Shown here: one piece after another, positions 15,719 through 24,823 of the stretch
How the letters are laid out: each line of letters begins with the position of its first letter
How positions within the stretch are numbered: position 1 is the stretch's first letter
Origin: Alphaproteobacteria bacterium
GTDB taxonomy: Bacteria; Pseudomonadota; Alphaproteobacteria; CAAHEQ01; UBA3637
Reading direction: 5' to 3'
Assembly (NCBI GenBank): GCA_017559525.1
Contig: JAFYRI010000012.1
Span: 15,164-79,163 of the forward strand
DNA: 64,000 nt
Translations under genes and position numbers: made by a program
The notes under the pieces: model-generated
The model's database searches: none
What the model was told of the DNA's origin: nothing
The model's input: only the letters and a program-made list of their open reading frames with translations

Positions 15719-16500
15719 TATGCGTTTCCACGATAAAATTGTTTAATCATACCTAATACGTTTTCATCCATAAAGCGATTGGCATATGAAGCAATGTGCT
15801 GTGGAATAGGGTGACGCATTTCAGCTAATCCTCCAGCCATACAAGCCAAAGTATCGCTATCGCCTCCAATAGATACAGCATTGCGTATGGCGTCTACATA
15901 AGAATCTGCCTCTAATGCACAACAAATGGCTTCTGGTACAGTTTTTTCACATGAACAATAAAAATGATTGTAATGTTGACGGATTTTAAGGATAGGTCTG
16001 CTTAGATTGTACCAGTATTTATTTGCAATATGTTGTCTGATTTTGGGGGTTGGTTCGTTTTCTTTTAACATAAAACCCGTTTCAATATAAGCTTGAACCG
16101 CGTTTAAACTTTCTGGATGATTATGTGTTGTTTTTGTTATTTCAATTGCTTTTTCAAAAGCCTCATCTTTATCTTTTAGATGAAGCAGTGGACTGATACG
16201 CATTACACATCCGTTTGATTTAGATTGCAATGATGAGCCCGTTTTTAACCAATTCATAAATGCACTGCCAAATGGGGCAATTTGACCATTTTCATAAGTG
16301 CGATCAATATACATTTTTCCCCATTTTTTTAAGAAAAATTCTGGCTTACCGCCTTGCATTAACCAATCTGCAGTAGCACAAGTTAAAATTGTGTCATCTG
16401 TAAAACATGATTCGTTACAAAACAAAGGAAAATCTTTTGTTTTGATGTTATGAAATTCATAAACCGAACCAATAATATCTCCGATAATAGCGCCTTGCAT
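15718..16500 (-). CDS. ADP-ribosylglycohydrolase family protein (ARH/DraG/YegU-like)
   Basis: N-terminal GAIIGDIIGSVYEF and C-terminal IGGDSDTLACMAGG, diagnostic ARH motifs. Confidence 0.8.
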   Translation of the reverse strand: MQGAIIGDIIGSVYEFHNIKTKDFPLFCNESCFTDDTILTCATADWLMQGGKPEFFLKKWGKMYIDRTYENGQIAPFGSAFMNWLKTGSSLQSKSNGCVMRISPLLHLKDKDEAFEKAIEITKTTHNHPESLNAVQAYIETGFMLKENEPTPKIRQHIANKYWYNLSRPILKIRQHYNHFYCSCEKTVPEAICCALEADSYVDAIRNAVSIGGDSDTLACMAGGLAEMRHPIPQHIASYANRFMDENVLGMIKQFYRGNA

Positions 16501-16632
16501 ATTCTTTTCTCCTAATTAAGGCCAAGATTATAGCATATTTTTTTATTAAAATCAATTTTTAAATCGATGTATTTTTTTACTTGCTTTTTTATTGCTCTTG
16601 ACGTACAACTGCGAAAAAAGGAGTTTACAACA

Positions 16633-18183
16633 ATGCGATTATTTTCCCTGATGTTTTTATCATTAATGCTATTGAATGGATGTGATAGTCAACTGACACC
16701 ATTAACAATTGTTCATACAAATGATGTGCATGCGCATTTATTGCCATCGGATGCTAAATTACAAGATTGTGATGCGGATAATGCAGTCTGTTTTGGTGGA
16801 TATGCACGTATTAAATCGGTTATTGATGGCGTTCGTCAAACATCTGATAATGTAGTTGTCTTGGATGCCGGAGATCGTTTTTCTGGTACGGTATTTTATA
16901 CATTGCGTAAATCTCAAGATGTAACACTTCTTACCGAACAAATCGGATATGATGTTTTGACTTTGGGAAATCATGAATTTGATGATGGGTTAGGGGAGTT
17001 ATTTAAATTTGTTCAAGGTATTTCGGCGCCAATCGTTTCGGCAAATATTTCATTTCCGACACATACTCAGTTAAATGAACGTATTGTTCCATCTGTTGTT
17101 TTAAATAAAAATGGTTTAAAAATCGGCGTTATTGGTGCCTTAAGTGAAGAAACCAAATTAGAAACATCAAAGGCAAAGGAAATTGATATTAATGAAGTTA
17201 TTCCCGCAGTTCGCCGAGAAGCAGAAAAACTGACACATCAAGGCGTTAAGGTATTAATTGCTTTAACGCATATTGGGATAGAGGCTGATAAAAACTTAGC
17301 GAGAGCTGTTCCAGAATTGGACATTATTGTCGGGGGGCATACTCATACATTGTTGTCCAATAATCATGAAGAAGATGCAGCGTATGGTCCGTATCCGATT
17401 GTAATATCTGGAACAAAAAATACCAAAACATTGATTGTGACATCTGGTATTGGTGGTCATTATTTGGGGATATTAAATACGGTATTTGATAAAAAGGGAT
17501 GTATTGTATCTTATACAGGAGATACTATTCGTTTGGACGAAACAGTCGTTCCGAATGCAACGATGGAAGAATCTGTTGCGGCGGTTCAACAATCCATTGA
17601 TACAATTATTAATGAACCAATTTTACATATTAACCAAGATATCTATTTAACGAACAATGGAAAATATTGTTCTGAATCTTGCTATGTTGGTGAATTTTTA
17701 ACAGACATGTTAAAAGAGGTCGCACCAGATGCCGATATTATATTGTTGAATGCTGGAGGTATTCGGGCCGCTTTACCAAAGGGGCAAATTGCTTTTAAAC
17801 ATATTGCATCAGCATATCCATTTGATTCAGTCGGTGTATTGGTTCAAATGACGGGGGCAGAGTTAAAATCATACTTAGAACATGGTTTGAAAAAGTATTT
17901 GTCAAATGATAGAACAAATGCGTTCTTGCAAATTGGCGGTGGTACATATCAATTTTCGTCTGATACCAAAACAGTTACAAATGTAAAGGTTAAAGGTATT
18001 CCCGTTCAAGATGATAAAATATATGCCGTTTTAATACCATCTTTTATGGCCGGTGGCGGAGATGGCTTCCCGGAAAAAGAAGCCATAAAAACGTATGATT
18101 TAACGATACGGGATATGATTATTTCGGCCATGAAACAACCTGGAGTGATAGTTAAATCATTTGAAAATCGTGTAAAAAAATAA
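16633..18183 (+). CDS. lipoprotein bifunctional metallophosphatase/5'-nucleotidase (UshA-like)
   Basis: Lipobox LLNGCD. VHTNDVHAHL and GNHEFD metallophosphoesterase motifs. C-terminal 5'-nucleotidase domain. Start set at MRLFSL after RBS AAGGAG. Confidence 0.8.
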   Translation: MRLFSLMFLSLMLLNGCDSQLTPLTIVHTNDVHAHLLPSDAKLQDCDADNAVCFGGYARIKSVIDGVRQTSDNVVVLDAGDRFSGTVFYTLRKSQDVTLLTEQIGYDVLTLGNHEFDDGLGELFKFVQGISAPIVSANISFPTHTQLNERIVPSVVLNKNGLKIGVIGALSEETKLETSKAKEIDINEVIPAVRREAEKLTHQGVKVLIALTHIGIEADKNLARAVPELDIIVGGHTHTLLSNNHEEDAAYGPYPIVISGTKNTKTLIVTSGIGGHYLGILNTVFDKKGCIVSYTGDTIRLDETVVPNATMEESVAAVQQSIDTIINEPILHINQDIYLTNNGKYCSESCYVGEFLTDMLKEVAPDADIILLNAGGIRAALPKGQIAFKHIASAYPFDSVGVLVQMTGAELKSYLEHGLKKYLSNDRTNAFLQIGGGTYQFSSDTKTVTNVKVKGIPVQDDKIYAVLIPSFMAGGGDGFPEKEAIKTYDLTIRDMIISAMKQPGVIVKSFENRVKK

Positions 18184-18208
18184 ATTAAAAATAATTACTA
18201 ATCAAAAA

Positions 18209-18251
18209 AAATCGGTCAAAAACAAGAAAAACTTGCGACCGATTTTTTTTT
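18209..18251 (+). terminator. putative terminator after the 5'-nucleotidase gene
   Basis: ATCGGTC ... GACCGAT stem followed by T9. Confidence 0.4.
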
Positions 18252-18296
18252 GCCCTATACTGATTATATCGTTAATATTTTATAGGAGGTATATCC

Positions 18297-18662
18297 ATGA
18301 AAAAATTATTATTCTTCTTATCATTAGTTGTTTGTGTAGGTTTTTCAAGTGCTGTAAGTGCACAGTATGTGGAACGTGGTGGATTTAAAGATCCAGCAAC
18401 AATCGTTAATACTGTTTCTGAATTAAAACATATGCAAGATGATTCTTATGTAGTATTGGAAGGTAAAATAGAAAAACGCCTTGCTAAAGAGGAATATTTA
18501 TTTTCGGATGCCAGTGGTTCAATTACTGTTGAAATAGATGATGATGAATGGCGTGGGGTTGAAGTTGGACCTCAAGACACTGTTGAAATTATCGGTGAAT
18601 TGGATAAAGGTATTTTTTCCGATGAAATCGATGTCAAACAAGTCCGATTACTCAAAAAATAA
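18297..18662 (+). CDS. YgiW/YdeI (BOF) family periplasmic OB-fold stress protein
   Basis: Signal peptide. Pattern VxLEGKIEKRL..EEYLFSDASGSITVEIDDDEW...DTVEIIGELDK typical of BOF proteins. Confidence 0.75.
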   Translation: MKKLLFFLSLVVCVGFSSAVSAQYVERGGFKDPATIVNTVSELKHMQDDSYVVLEGKIEKRLAKEEYLFSDASGSITVEIDDDEWRGVEVGPQDTVEIIGELDKGIFSDEIDVKQVRLLKK

Positions 18663-18667
18663 TAAAT

Positions 18668-18694
18668 GGGGCGGTCATTTGACCGCCTTTTTTA
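18668..18694. terminator. bidirectional terminator
   Basis: GGGCGGTCATTTGACCGCC hairpin plus T-run between convergent genes. Confidence 0.55.
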
Positions 18695-19096
18695 ATCTAA
18701 CCGAATGCCACGACGCGCGGCTTCTTGTTTGCCGTAAGGGTCATATTTATAGTAATAAATCATTTCTCGCTTATTCAAGTTAATGGCATCAATTGCTCCT
18801 TCAGGGATAGCCCATACAACAGATATTGGCCAAAAGAGCAGGTTTCCTAGGCCGTATAAAGCGTGAGCCGAATCACTGCCGTTTCCCATGGCTAAGTAAA
18901 AATTACCAATACCTGGCAGTAAATTTAATATGCCAGCCATTAGTGGGCTATTGGGTGCTTCAAAATTACCGGTTGGTTTATCCAATGTAATACCTTGAGA
19001 TTTCAGTTGTTGCAATTGCATTTGTTCTTGTCTGGTTAAAGTTGTACATCCGCTCATTAATGTGAGGGCAGTTAACATGAGTAGAGTCTTTTTCAT
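18692..19096 (-). CDS. lipoprotein, unknown function
   Basis: Lipobox LMSGCTT. Gly-rich hydrophobic C-terminal half. Confidence 0.5.
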   Translation of the reverse strand: MKKTLLMLTALTLMSGCTTLTRQEQMQLQQLKSQGITLDKPTGNFEAPNSPLMAGILNLLPGIGNFYLAMGNGSDSAHALYGLGNLLFWPISVVWAIPEGAIDAINLNKREMIYYYKYDPYGKQEAARRGIRLD

Positions 19097-19371
19097 TTTG
19101 ATTTCCTTTCATTTGGGGTATGAAAAAATCGCCTTAGGTTTTCTAGGCGACCGGAAGTTAGACTCTATTACTGGAAATAGTGCGATATATTAGTATAACA
19201 CTTATTTTATCGCCTTCCGGCCTCGAAAGACCGAAAGGTTTTTTATGTCAGACACCTGACAACCAGTAAGAGGAAGTCTAATCCCCGGGAGCAAGAACCA
19301 CTCGCTCTTATGGATAAGTTTATCTGATTTTAAAAATGAATGCAAGATGTTTTTTAGTGTATTTTTCCCAT

Positions 19372-19400
19372 TTGACAAAAAAAAATATTTATGATACTAT
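19372..19400 (+). promoter_or_regulatory. putative rnpB promoter (TTGACA-17 nt-TACTAT)
   Basis: Consensus -35. The -10 lies 7 nt upstream of the predicted P1 helix start. Confidence 0.3.
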
Positions 19401-19404
19401 CACT

Positions 19405-19778
19405 TGGTCAGATGGTCGGATAATCGCTGGCATATTATAATGGTATGTTGGAGGAAAGTCCGGGCTTCACGGGAATACGGTACTGGATAACGTCCAGGCG
19501 GGGTGACCCGACGGATAGTATAGCAGAAAGCAAACCGCCGATGTTTTATATCGGTAAGGATGAAACGGCGAGGTAAGAGCTCACCGCATTTTTGGTGACA
19601 AAAGTGGCTAGATAAACCCTACCGGAAGCAAGACCAAAGTAAGGCAAACCAAGGTTTACCTTGTTCAACGAGAATTCCTGCTCGGTTGCCGCTAGGTAGG
19701 TCGCTAGAGGGTTTTAGTAATAAAGCTCCCAGACGAATGATTATCGATAACAAAACCCGGCTTATAGATCATCTGACT
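19405..19778 (+). ncRNA. rnpB: RNase P RNA, bacterial type A
   Basis: Universally conserved GGAGGAAAGTCCGGGCT, AGCAAACCGCC, GGTAAGAGCTCACCG, ACAAAACCCGGCTTATAG blocks. 5'/3' ends pair as the P1 helix (TCAGATGGTC/GATCATCTGA), followed by a T-run. Confidence 0.85.
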
Positions 19779-19794
19779 TTTTTTTATATCAATT

Positions 19795-20475
19795 TTATTG
19801 TGGAGTACATGTATAACATTGGGAACCATATTCGGTTTTTGAGCCTGTTATTGCAGTATGTCCGGATGGACAATTTTTGACTTCACTTGATGGACATTCA
19901 TCATTTAAACAAACAGCACAAATGACGCCACATGCTCTAATACCTGTATCTTTTTGAACTTCGGTTGCGGAGCAATCTGGATTAATGCTGCCACTTGTGC
20001 ATCGTTCGGTGCAAGCATAATCTGTGATATTTTCAAAATTTGAATCTTGTTTTAAATCATTTGCGAATACAAAGGTTAATGTTGTTTTATCTAGGCAATT
20101 AGTAATTTTGTTTAGTCGTGTATTATTTTGATAGATTCCACTAATGATGGGGGGAGTATTAGATACCAAATTTTGACATACACTTTTATCAATATTTTTA
20201 ACTTTTAAACTAAAATAATTTGATGGATTAGGAGGAAAAGTTTCTACTGTAATTGAGGTATTTGTTAATTCAAATAAATTTGCATTTTTTCCGGTTAACA
20301 GTTGTTGAGATACAGTTGTTGCTAATATATTTAATTCATTGATTAAATTGTTTGTTTTGTGCTGTGTCATTGCATAGGAATATCCAGCAATTGCACTGAT
20401 TGACAAAACACCTATAATCGCTAATACACCTAACATTTCTGTCATAGAACGACCAAGTTGATTTATATTTTTCAT
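19795..20475 (-). CDS. type IV pilin-like protein (class III signal peptide) with a Cys-rich C-terminal domain
   Basis: N-terminus QLG/RSMTEMLGVLAIIGVLS...Y aligns with the prepilin consensus (G-1, E+5, AIIG at 11-14, Y24). C-terminal 75 aa contain 12 Cys. Confidence 0.6.
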   Translation of the reverse strand: MKNINQLGRSMTEMLGVLAIIGVLSISAIAGYSYAMTQHKTNNLINELNILATTVSQQLLTGKNANLFELTNTSITVETFPPNPSNYFSLKVKNIDKSVCQNLVSNTPPIISGIYQNNTRLNKITNCLDKTTLTFVFANDLKQDSNFENITDYACTERCTSGSINPDCSATEVQKDTGIRACGVICAVCLNDECPSSEVKNCPSGHTAITGSKTEYGSQCYTCTPQ

Positions 20476-20647
20476 GTATTCCTCTTTAATTTTTCTTTTT
20501 TATCAGTTTATAAGATAAAATTTTATAATGCAATCTAAAAAATAATCTTTTTGATGTTTTTTAAAGGTATCTCAATTAAAAAAATCTTTACAGTTTTTTA
20601 TTTTAAGTATATGTTTGTTTTATGTTAATCTAAAAAAGGAGTAAAAA

Positions 20648-21205
20648 ATGTCTGGATTAATTTCAATTGCAATCATTATTGGTATTATTTTATATTGTTT
20701 TTATGTAAAAGTGATTAAATGTCGTAATAGATTGAATGAAGCGTTAAGCGGTATTGATGTTCAATTGGAAAAACGATATGACTTGGTTCCGAATATTTTA
20801 AAAATTGCTAAAAAATTTATGGAACATGAACAAGAAATTTTTACACAAATTACTGAATTAAGAACTCGTGCCATGAATGCTCCATCCGGTAGTAAAGAAA
20901 AATTTGCTGCAGATAACGAATTGACAAGTAAATTAGATGCTTTAAAAGTCAGTGTGGAAAATTATCCTGAATTAAAATCTAATGACACTATGGTTCAAGC
21001 GATGAAAACATATGAAGAAACGGAAGAAAATATTGCTGCTGCACGTCGTTTTTATAATACGGCCTTGCGTCAATTACACGATGCTATTATGATTTTTCCA
21101 GGAAGTTTATTCGCTGGTTGTGCTGGAGATATTTCTCAGTTTTCTTATTTTGAAGCCGAAGAATCTCACAAGAAACCCATCAATGCCGATGACTATTTAA
21201 GATAG
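20648..21205 (+). CDS. lemA: LemA family protein
   Basis: N-terminal TM helix. YPELKSN...RRFYN...FPGSLFA are LemA signatures. Confidence 0.8.
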   Translation: MSGLISIAIIIGIILYCFYVKVIKCRNRLNEALSGIDVQLEKRYDLVPNILKIAKKFMEHEQEIFTQITELRTRAMNAPSGSKEKFAADNELTSKLDALKVSVENYPELKSNDTMVQAMKTYEETEENIAAARRFYNTALRQLHDAIMIFPGSLFAGCAGDISQFSYFEAEESHKKPINADDYLR

Positions 21206-21250
21206 TCTTTGGCGTGGACAAAATCCCCACTTTTTGTGTGGGGATTTTTT

Positions 21251-21667
21251 TTACTTAACATTATCAATTTTTAACGTTTCAATTAATTTTCCTAATGTTT
21301 TCATTTCGTCATAAAATGAACTGAAAATTGAGGTGTCTGTTACCGAATTTTTAATGGTAAAGGTATCAAACAAATTGCCCGTATGAACTCCTAATAGAGC
21401 GTATCCGTTAAAAAACGCCATATCAATACGTGATGCATTAAAAACTTTTTTTAATTCCTTTAATCGTTCAATAAAGGCAGGTGTTAAAATGTATCTGATT
21501 TCAATTTGATTATTGGAATAGATTTGATATTCATTCATAAATTCGCCATCTTCAATTTCAACTGATTCTAGTCCGGCATGGTTTTTATCAAAAATATTTA
21601 GTTCGTCAAATATAGTTTGGTTATTACAATTTATTGCAACTGAATATCCAGTAACTTTTTTATGCAT
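21251..21667 (-). CDS. hypothetical protein
   Basis: 138-aa ORF. Overlaps the upstream ORF by 37 nt in another frame. Confidence 0.3.
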   Translation of the reverse strand: MHKKVTGYSVAINCNNQTIFDELNIFDKNHAGLESVEIEDGEFMNEYQIYSNNQIEIRYILTPAFIERLKELKKVFNASRIDMAFFNGYALLGVHTGNLFDTFTIKNSVTDTSIFSSFYDEMKTLGKLIETLKIDNVK

Positions 21668-22194
21668 TTTGATGGCAATAAAAGATCCTGAAAAAATAAT
21701 CTCATTTTTTTTCTGTTTTTTTGTTTTATTGTTGCTTCCAATAAGGAAAATTCCGTATCTCCGAATTGACCTTGAAACGATTCATCTGTTTGGAAAGTAT
21801 TCCAAGATTGATATATTTTGCTTCTTTTTATGTAATCTTCCGTAATGAATGTTTGTTTGCTTTTAAAATTTCCCAAATAAGAAAAACATAATGGTAAAAT
21901 TTCATCTTTACGTTGTTTGACGTAGCGGTTGATAAAAAAACGTATGATTATTGTTGGTATGGCGCTAAAAACAAAGATTGTTTCAAGCTCATCTTTATGA
22001 AATAAATTATATTTTATTTCGGCTAAAGACAAAATGACAAATATAATAACACCAACAATATATCCGAATGTTTGTAGTGATTTTAATTTTGCTCTTTTAT
22101 GCTCATATCTATATAATCTGGGGACAATTTTACTTTCGACAAACGACATAAATACGCCTTTGGGTGTTAGGTATGATTTATCTTTATTTTCCAT
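21631..22194 (-). CDS. hypothetical membrane protein
   Basis: Start at MENKDK chosen to avoid a 118-nt overlap with murD. One or two TM helices. Confidence 0.35.
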   Translation of the reverse strand: MENKDKSYLTPKGVFMSFVESKIVPRLYRYEHKRAKLKSLQTFGYIVGVIIFVILSLAEIKYNLFHKDELETIFVFSAIPTIIIRFFINRYVKQRKDEILPLCFSYLGNFKSKQTFITEDYIKRSKIYQSWNTFQTDESFQGQFGDTEFSLLEATIKQKNRKKMRLFFQDLLLPSKCIKKLLDIQLQ

Positions 22195-23464
22195 GTGCCA
22201 TCCATAAATTAATGTTGTTTTTAAAATCAGCTCCACGTTCTTCGAAGTTTTTATACATATTATAACTTGGGGCTGCAGGAGAAAGTAAAACAACTCCGCC
22301 AACCGGCGTAATGGTTAATGCTTTTTGGACAGCCTCTGCCATTGTACTACAAGAATGTACTAAAATTTTATTTTTTTGGGCTGTATTGATAATTTTTCTG
22401 CCTGTATCCGGCATTGCAATGACGTATATCGTTGGATGAGTTTTAATATAGTGAATTAATTCGCTAAAATCTTGTCCTCTGTCTTCACCACCAACAATTA
22501 AGGTGATGGGTTTGGTCTGTCCAATGGCTTTTAAAGCTGCAATGGCGGTTTCGGGGGTTGTTGATATACTATCATCAATAAATGTTAATCCAACTTTTTG
22601 TTCAATAACTTGTAATCTGTGGGGTAGGGCTTGAAATGTTTTGAATGCCTGTTCACAAGACATTAAGTCTAACCCTAATTTTTTAATAATTGTCAAAACG
22701 GCACACGCATTTTTATGATTATGCTCGCCAGTTAAGTTTAAGCTAGCACAAGGGAATAATTGTTGTGTGTTATCATAAAACCATTTGCCATCAGAATGAA
22801 TATCATCATTAAAATAGGTGATATTTTGAAACTTTTGATTTGCATCAGTATATGTATGTGTGTTTTTATCCAACATATTAAGCACTTGATTTGATGATTG
22901 TGCGATCATATTCAGTTTGTCTTGATAATATTTATTATGTGATCCATGCCAAGGTAAATGCTCTGGATATAAATTAACCAATACGCCAATATCTGGATTC
23001 CCAATGAAATCGGCGCATTGATAACTGGATAATTCGGCAACGATGTAATCGGTATCTGTGTCAATTAAATCCACTAATGGAAGACCAATATTGCCGCCTA
23101 AAACAGTCTTTTTTCCTAGCGCTAATAATGTGTGAGCCAATAAAGACGAGGTCGTGCTTTTGCCTTTTGTCCCCGTTACAGCAATGGTGGTGGTGTTTGG
23201 ATTTTTATTGGCAAAGAATAAATTTGTGCCAGATGTAACGATAATACCGTTTTGTTGTGCTTGTGTAATTTCGGGACGGTATAAAGATACACCGGGGGAT
23301 TTAATAATGATGTCACAATTTAAAATTTCATGTGTATTTTCTTCACTAATTTGAGTGATAGATATCGGATGAGCATGTTTTGAAATGGCCTGTTTTGCAC
23401 TCAGTCCTTCTTTCCCCATTCCCCAAATGCCAATACGTTTATTATTTAAATTGGTCCATAACAT
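22184..23464 (-). CDS. murD: UDP-N-acetylmuramoyl-L-alanine--glutamate ligase (MurD family; possibly the L-Glu-adding MurD2 type)
   Basis: Mur ligase P-loop VTGTKGKSTTSSLL. N-terminal Rossmann GMGKEG. Mur ligase C-domain. Confidence 0.8.
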   Translation of the reverse strand: MLWTNLNNKRIGIWGMGKEGLSAKQAISKHAHPISITQISEENTHEILNCDIIIKSPGVSLYRPEITQAQQNGIIVTSGTNLFFANKNPNTTTIAVTGTKGKSTTSSLLAHTLLALGKKTVLGGNIGLPLVDLIDTDTDYIVAELSSYQCADFIGNPDIGVLVNLYPEHLPWHGSHNKYYQDKLNMIAQSSNQVLNMLDKNTHTYTDANQKFQNITYFNDDIHSDGKWFYDNTQQLFPCASLNLTGEHNHKNACAVLTIIKKLGLDLMSCEQAFKTFQALPHRLQVIEQKVGLTFIDDSISTTPETAIAALKAIGQTKPITLIVGGEDRGQDFSELIHYIKTHPTIYVIAMPDTGRKIINTAQKNKILVHSCSTMAEAVQKALTITPVGGVVLLSPAAPSYNMYKNFEERGADFKNNINLWMAHGK

Positions 23465-24773
23465 TTTTAAATCTTTCCGGTATTAAATGATTACTAGAAG
23501 TGTTTAAAATATCATCTTGCGATTGAAATATTTTTTGTGATAACTTTGATATGATTTTATCGTTCATCCATTCATCTTTTTGTGCCAATAATGTGAATGC
23601 ATAACGGCACTCGTTTACCTCGCCAACACACTCAAAAGGTTTATGTCCACTGATGCCTAATAATTCTTCGTATCCTGTTAATTGGTTTTCGTCATCTAAC
23701 GGATTGTCTCCAATAGCCTTAATAAGAATGTCTTTATCCATAAACGGAGCCAAAATCAAAAAGACGAAACGGCATTTGTCGCAATTACCACACCAATGAG
23801 AAAGTCTTTTTGCTTCATCTAAGCGAAAGGCTTTGTTGCAACTGGTAAATACATCAAAATAGCTTTCACATTTTTGAGAAAATAATTTGGCAATATGCAT
23901 TTCAGATAGGGGGCGCAATAATGAAAAATATCTGAATGCCGGAGTGATGGATTGTGTCAGTTTATAAAAGTCTTGTTCAAAATCTAAAGATTTACTGTAT
24001 TGGTGGTTGATTTTATGACTGTTTAAAATCATATTTGGGCTGTTAGCAGAACGTTCACAAGACATTGCCACATACCTGTGGTCATATAAAATACCACTAA
24101 TCCACAACAAAAAGGCAATTAATCCCGTAATTGGAACATGACCGTTATATACCTTGCCCGTTTCATTTAATTGTAATAACTCGGGGGCTATTTTGCGTGT
24201 TAAGATAAGGTGATTTAATCCGCTTTTTTGTACACAGCTTGTAATTGGTTGTGGATTTCCAACGGAGAAAGCCGTTGCATTAATGCCAGCTTCTTTTAAT
24301 AATTCAATGCTGACACAAGAATCTTTTCCTCCACCAACTGGTACAAAGGTATTGTCGGATAATAGCAAATTGTGTGTTGTGATATGAGTATTTTTATCGA
24401 ATGGAAAGTTAATGTTTAATGAGACATTATTTTTAACCGAAAATTCTCCAAGGCCATTCAAATAGAATGTGTTGAAAAATTGAGCTTGTGTTTTTGTTAA
24501 GTGACCACTTTTAATTTGAATTTTGGGGCATAAAAATGCTTTGTAATAACTAATTCCAAAGGCAATATGAGTTAAAAATAAAATATCATTTAATGCTTTT
24601 TTTTGTATGTCATTTAGTTTAAATGGTGCATTGGGAAAGGTAATTGTTTCGGTGAATGTATATTTGTCAGTCGCATATGCCAAAGACAAAATGCCGTTTT
24701 GTTCATTGAAATCGTATTTTTTATAATAAAAAACCTTGCACAAAATCTTTTTTCCTTTTAGAATGTTGCCCAT
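23442..24773 (-). CDS. PP-loop ATP pyrophosphatase superfamily protein with a C-terminal Cys cluster; candidate MurL-like partner of murD
   Basis: VPVGGGKDSCVSIELL (SGGxDS PP-loop) and HWCGNCDKC cluster. The 3' end overlaps the murD start by 23 nt. Confidence 0.5.
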   Translation of the reverse strand: MGNILKGKKILCKVFYYKKYDFNEQNGILSLAYATDKYTFTETITFPNAPFKLNDIQKKALNDILFLTHIAFGISYYKAFLCPKIQIKSGHLTKTQAQFFNTFYLNGLGEFSVKNNVSLNINFPFDKNTHITTHNLLLSDNTFVPVGGGKDSCVSIELLKEAGINATAFSVGNPQPITSCVQKSGLNHLILTRKIAPELLQLNETGKVYNGHVPITGLIAFLLWISGILYDHRYVAMSCERSANSPNMILNSHKINHQYSKSLDFEQDFYKLTQSITPAFRYFSLLRPLSEMHIAKLFSQKCESYFDVFTSCNKAFRLDEAKRLSHWCGNCDKCRFVFLILAPFMDKDILIKAIGDNPLDDENQLTGYEELLGISGHKPFECVGEVNECRYAFTLLAQKDEWMNDKIISKLSQKIFQSQDDILNTSSNHLIPERFKNVMDQFK

Positions 24774-24823
24774 GTTTCAAACATACTATATGAATTTTTA
24801 ATTTTTTGCAAAGGATAATTGTA

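Noticed and set aside
19686-19880. 64-aa ORF
   Set aside because: It lies across the 3' part of the RNase P RNA gene and its terminator, so it is not a real coding gene.
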